Assembly: GCA_963749075.1 (NCBI GenBank)
Contig: CAVVLJ010000017.1
Span: 64,001-128,000, forward strand
DNA length: 64,000 bases
Reading direction: 5' to 3'
Source: an uncultured Pseudomonadota bacterium
GTDB taxonomy: Bacteria > Pseudomonadota > Alphaproteobacteria > JACZXZ01
Shown: one piece after another, positions 60,713 to 64,000 of the stretch
Position numbering within the stretch: position 1 is the first letter of the stretch
Layout: the number at the start of each line of letters is the position of its first letter
Program-made: the position numbers and the translations under genes
The notes under the pieces: model-generated
The model's input: the letters and a program-made list of their open reading frames with translations, nothing else
Databases searched by the model: none
Told to the model about the DNA's origin: nothing

Positions 60713-62525
60713 TCAAATCTGCAAATCGGCCGCGGCGTAGGGCCGCACGCTCTCCGCGACCGAGTTCGGCGACATGCTCCTTGGTGATGACGCCGATCAC
60801 GTCCGCGGCGTGGGGAACGCCGCTCGAGCGGACGACGACCACCATCGTGGCATTGCGCCGCCACATGCGGACGATCACGTTGAACATGATGTCCTGCTCG
60901 CGGGCGATGGTGAAGTGGCGGCTCGCCACGTCGCCCAGCGTCACGCCGGTATAGGCGCCCTCGAGGCCGCGGCGGAGTGCTGTATTGACGCGCAGCACCC
61001 CGGCGACACGGCCGCCGTGCGCCACCACCACGTGCCGCATCTGCCCGTGGTTGCCGGGCTCCCTGAGGAAGTCGTCGAAGCGCTGTTCCTGCGGCAGGAC
61101 GATCACGTCCTTGTCCATGACCTCGGCCGCGCGCCGCACGAGGAACATGTTGGCGTGGAGCGCCTTGGGAATGAAATGGCTGCGGGCGACCAGCTTGATC
61201 GTGTAGATGTTCTCGCGCGAGAGCATGCGGCGGATGCCGATGCTGATGGCGACCGCGAGTATCATCGGCATGACGATGTCGTAGTCGCGCGTCATTTCGA
61301 AGATCATGGTGACCGCCGTCATGGCGGCACCCGTGCCGCCGCCCACCATAGCCGCCATGCCCACCATCGCGAAGGCGGCGATGCTGACAGAGGACGTGGG
61401 GAACATCAGGTGCACAAGCGCGCCGAAGGCGCCGCCGAGCGTCGCCCCCATGAAGAGCGAGGGCGAGAAGATGCCGCCCGAGGAGCCGGAGCCCAGGCTC
61501 AGCACGGTGGCGGCGAGCTTGCAACCGAAGAGCACCGCCAGGAAGGGCGCCGCGTTGAGGCCGCCGAGCAGCAGGTCCTGGATCGTGGCGTAGCCCACGC
61601 CCTCGATCTGATAGTGCCCGTGCCAGAGGAAGAGCCCGTACATCATGAGGCCGACGATCAGCATCCCGCTCATATGGCGCAGATAGGGATCGCGCACGCG
61701 CGCGAAGAGGCCTTCCGCGAAATGCAGCCCTTGGATGAAGCCGGTCGCAGCCAGGCCGATCAGGCCGCCGAGGAGGGCATAGAGCAGGAGAGCCGAGAGC
61801 GGCGCGGGGCTGTTCGAGAGCATGAGCACGGACGGCACCTGGAAGGCCGGCTGCAGGCCGAAGAAGAGTCGCCCGACGAAGGTCGCCGTGCCGGTCGCGA
61901 GAGCCACGGGAAGGAAGGTGCGGACGCTCACCTCCGGCATCATGAGCTCGATCGCGAACATCACGCCGCCGATGGGCGTGTTGAAGGTGGCGGCAATGCC
62001 GGCGCCGGCCCCGGCCGCCACGAGCGTGATGCGCTGCCACGGCTCCATCGTGATGATCTGCCCGATGGTCGAGCCGAGCGAGGCGCCGATCTGGATGATC
62101 GGCCCCTCGCGGCCGACCGCGGCACCGCTGCCGATGGCAAGGGCCGAGGCGAGGGACTTGACCGCGGCCACGACCGGACGGATGCGACCCTCCTGGTAAT
62201 AGATCGCATCCATGACCTCGGGCACGCCGTGGCCGCGCGCCTCGGGCGCGAATTTCGTGACGAGAAACGTCACCCCCACGGCGCCAACGACCGGGACGAG
62301 GATGACGAAGGCGCCCCAGGGGCTCGCGGGCGTATAGAGATTGGCGTCGTAGAGCACCGAGAGCTTGCCGAGGAAGAAGAGATTGTGGATGAAGCCGATG
62401 AGGCCGCGGAAGAAGACCGCGCCCAGGCCGGTGACCGCGCCGACGATGATGGCGATGAGCGAGAGGCGCAGCAGTCCGATGGGCCGGCGCGCGAGGAGTC
62501 CGTTCGTCATGGCTACTGCCTTCAT
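60713..62525 (-). CDS. ClC chloride/proton antiporter with CBS domain (frameshift near 60765)
   Basis: GHGVPE, GREGP and GIFSP motifs. Removing one base gives the tail KEHVADSVAESVRPYAAADLQI* ending at 60713. Confidence 0.88.
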
Positions 62526-62715
62526 GCTGCGCTCACGGTCGGGCGGCGGCGGGCGCCGGCCCCTGGGGCGCGGAACTCCGTCGTTTCTTAGTCTTAGCCT
62601 CTCGCGCGCTGGCGTGGAAAGGGCGATTTGACGCGGTGGAGTCGAGGCCCAAGCGGCTATACTGGGTCATCGCGAAGCTTGAGATATGATAACGTGCAAG
62701 GGGCAGCGGGCGATC

Positions 62716-62743
62716 CTTGCGTTCACCCCCGCATAGCCTATAT
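62716..62743 (+). promoter_or_regulatory. Putative RpoH (sigma32) promoter upstream of ctpA
   Basis: CTTG-N17-CCTATAT matches the alphaproteobacterial RpoH consensus. Confidence 0.55.
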
Positions 62744-62993
62744 CGGGGTTGAGAGCGCGCTCCGCCCCGATGGGGAGCGGGGCGCAGCAATCGCCCTCGT
62801 TTCGTGGTTTCGCCGCGTGATGCCCAATCATGGTGTCGAAACCACAACACATCGCTATGATTTTGCGGGCGTTCCGGGCCGCAGGTCCGGAAAGGGGCTT
62901 GGATTTCGGAGCACGGGCGGCAGGCTGTGGTGACGAGATTGCCTCCCTGCCTCGACACGCAACTTCATGAAAGATTCAAGGATGGGCAGCAAC

Positions 62994-64000
62994 ATGCGAC
63001 GAATCTGGTTCACGGCGGCGCTGCTTGCCGGTCTTCTCGCGGTCCCCTTCCTGGTGCGCGCGGGCGACGACAGCGACCGCATCTACAAGTCCCTCAGCTT
63101 CTTCGGCGATGCCGTGCAGATCATCCGCGAGAACTACGTCGAGCCGGTCGATGTGGATAAGCTCATCGGTGCCGCGCTCAACGGCATGCTGACCTCGCTC
63201 GATCCGCATTCGAGCTACATGGACCCGGCCGCCTACCGCGAGATGCAGGTGGAGACCAAGGGCGAGTTCGGCGGACTCGGCATGGAAGTGACCATGAAGG
63301 AGGGCCTCCTCGAGATCGTCTCGCCCATCGACGATACGCCGGCCACCGATGCCGGGCTCAAGGCGGGCGATATCATCATGCGCATCGACGGCGAGGTGGT
63401 CATGGGCCTCAGCCTCTCGCAGGCGGTCGACAAGCTGCGCGGACCCGAGCATTCGAGCGTCAAGCTGAGCATCCGGCGCGGCACCCAGCCGGCCTACGAC
63501 GTGACGCTCATCCGCCGCGTCATCAAGGTGAAGCCGGTTCATGCGAAGCTTTACGGCAAGATCGGCTACATCCGCATCTCGATCTTCTCCGAGCTGACGC
63601 AGGACGGCGTCGAGCAGTCGCTCGACAAGCTCCGCCACGAGGCGGGCGGCAGGCTCAAGGGGCTGGTGCTCGACCTGCGCGACGATCCGGGCGGTCTCCT
63701 CGACCAGGCGGTCGCGGTGGGCAGCGACTTCCTCGGCGGCGGCGAGATCGTCTCGACCCGCGGGCGCCGCTCGCAGGACGATCAGCAGTTCTACGCCCAT
63801 GGCGGCGACCTCGCCAAGGGCGTGCCCATCGTCGTGCTCATCAACGGCGGCACCGCGTCGGCGTCCGAGATCGTGGCCGGCGCGCTGCGCGACAACCGCC
63901 GCGCCGTCGTCATGGGCGTGCGCTCCTTCGGCAAGGGCACCGTGCAGACAATCATCCCCATCGAAGGGCGCGGCGCCATCCGCCTGACCACGGCGCGCTA
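62994..64000 (+). CDS. ctpA: Carboxyl-terminal processing protease (S41), partial, runs off the window
   Basis: Signal peptide, LDPHSSY, PDZ GGLG, LDLRDDPGG, TASASEIVAGAL and SFGKG. Absent from the ORF track because it has no stop codon. Confidence 0.94.
   Translation, partial: MRRIWFTAALLAGLLAVPFLVRAGDDSDRIYKSLSFFGDAVQIIRENYVEPVDVDKLIGAALNGMLTSLDPHSSYMDPAAYREMQVETKGEFGGLGMEVTMKEGLLEIVSPIDDTPATDAGLKAGDIIMRIDGEVVMGLSLSQAVDKLRGPEHSSVKLSIRRGTQPAYDVTLIRRVIKVKPVHAKLYGKIGYIRISIFSELTQDGVEQSLDKLRHEAGGRLKGLVLDLRDDPGGLLDQAVAVGSDFLGGGEIVSTRGRRSQDDQQFYAHGGDLAKGVPIVVLINGGTASASEIVAGALRDNRRAVVMGVRSFGKGTVQTIIPIEGRGAIRLTTAR

Noticed and set aside
62526-62700. Possible fluoride riboswitch upstream of the ClC gene
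   Set aside because: No crcB-motif consensus is visible, and the protein has GHGVPE/GREGP rather than fluoride-type ClC motifs.

Overview
High-GC alphaproteobacterial chromosome segment (taxon inferred from gene content, the LexA box and the repeat families). Bases 1-~2606 are the lower-GC end of a prophage-like element next to the 3' end of tRNA-Arg(TCT). It holds a NinB-like fragment, YopX, several hypotheticals and a gene preceded by a LexA box. Next come an ETC complex I subunit gene and a ~10 kb catabolic block: EamA, a polar amino acid ABC importer, DJ-1/PfpI - phosphotriesterase-like - DJ-1/PfpI, a FadR regulator, a hydrolase, a Tat flavin amine oxidase and an OmpA-like protein. These are followed by tRNA-Pro(TGG), a complete form II coxGSLMDE-xdhC-mocA cluster, hydrolases, kup, an ALDH7-type dehydrogenase, an orphan cydX and a CHASE2 adenylate cyclase with a secreted partner. 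The rest holds a peptide ABC importer, CBS-BON, PiT, cydP-cydA-cydB, a CyaC-like heme/[2Fe-2S] adenylate cyclase, an orphan wzc, an sxtJ/sxtK/sxtI-like carbamoyltransferase cassette, a ClC-CBS gene and a partial ctpA. Several small genes missed by the ORF track were read by hand (cydX, DUF5989/SxtK-like, a NepR-like ORF, the NinB-like fragment). Frameshifts in coxL and clc look like sequencing indels. Best candidates for undescribed biology: (1) the operon pairing an active DJ-1 with a Cys-to-Ser DJ-1 around a PTE-like enzyme; (2) the tRNA-Arg prophage whose genes lack SD sites; (3) cydX displaced from cydAB, which lies near the redox-type cyclase; (4) a palindromic element inserted in the coxE start that appears to supply a new RBS. 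All family assignments come from motif recognition, not database searches.
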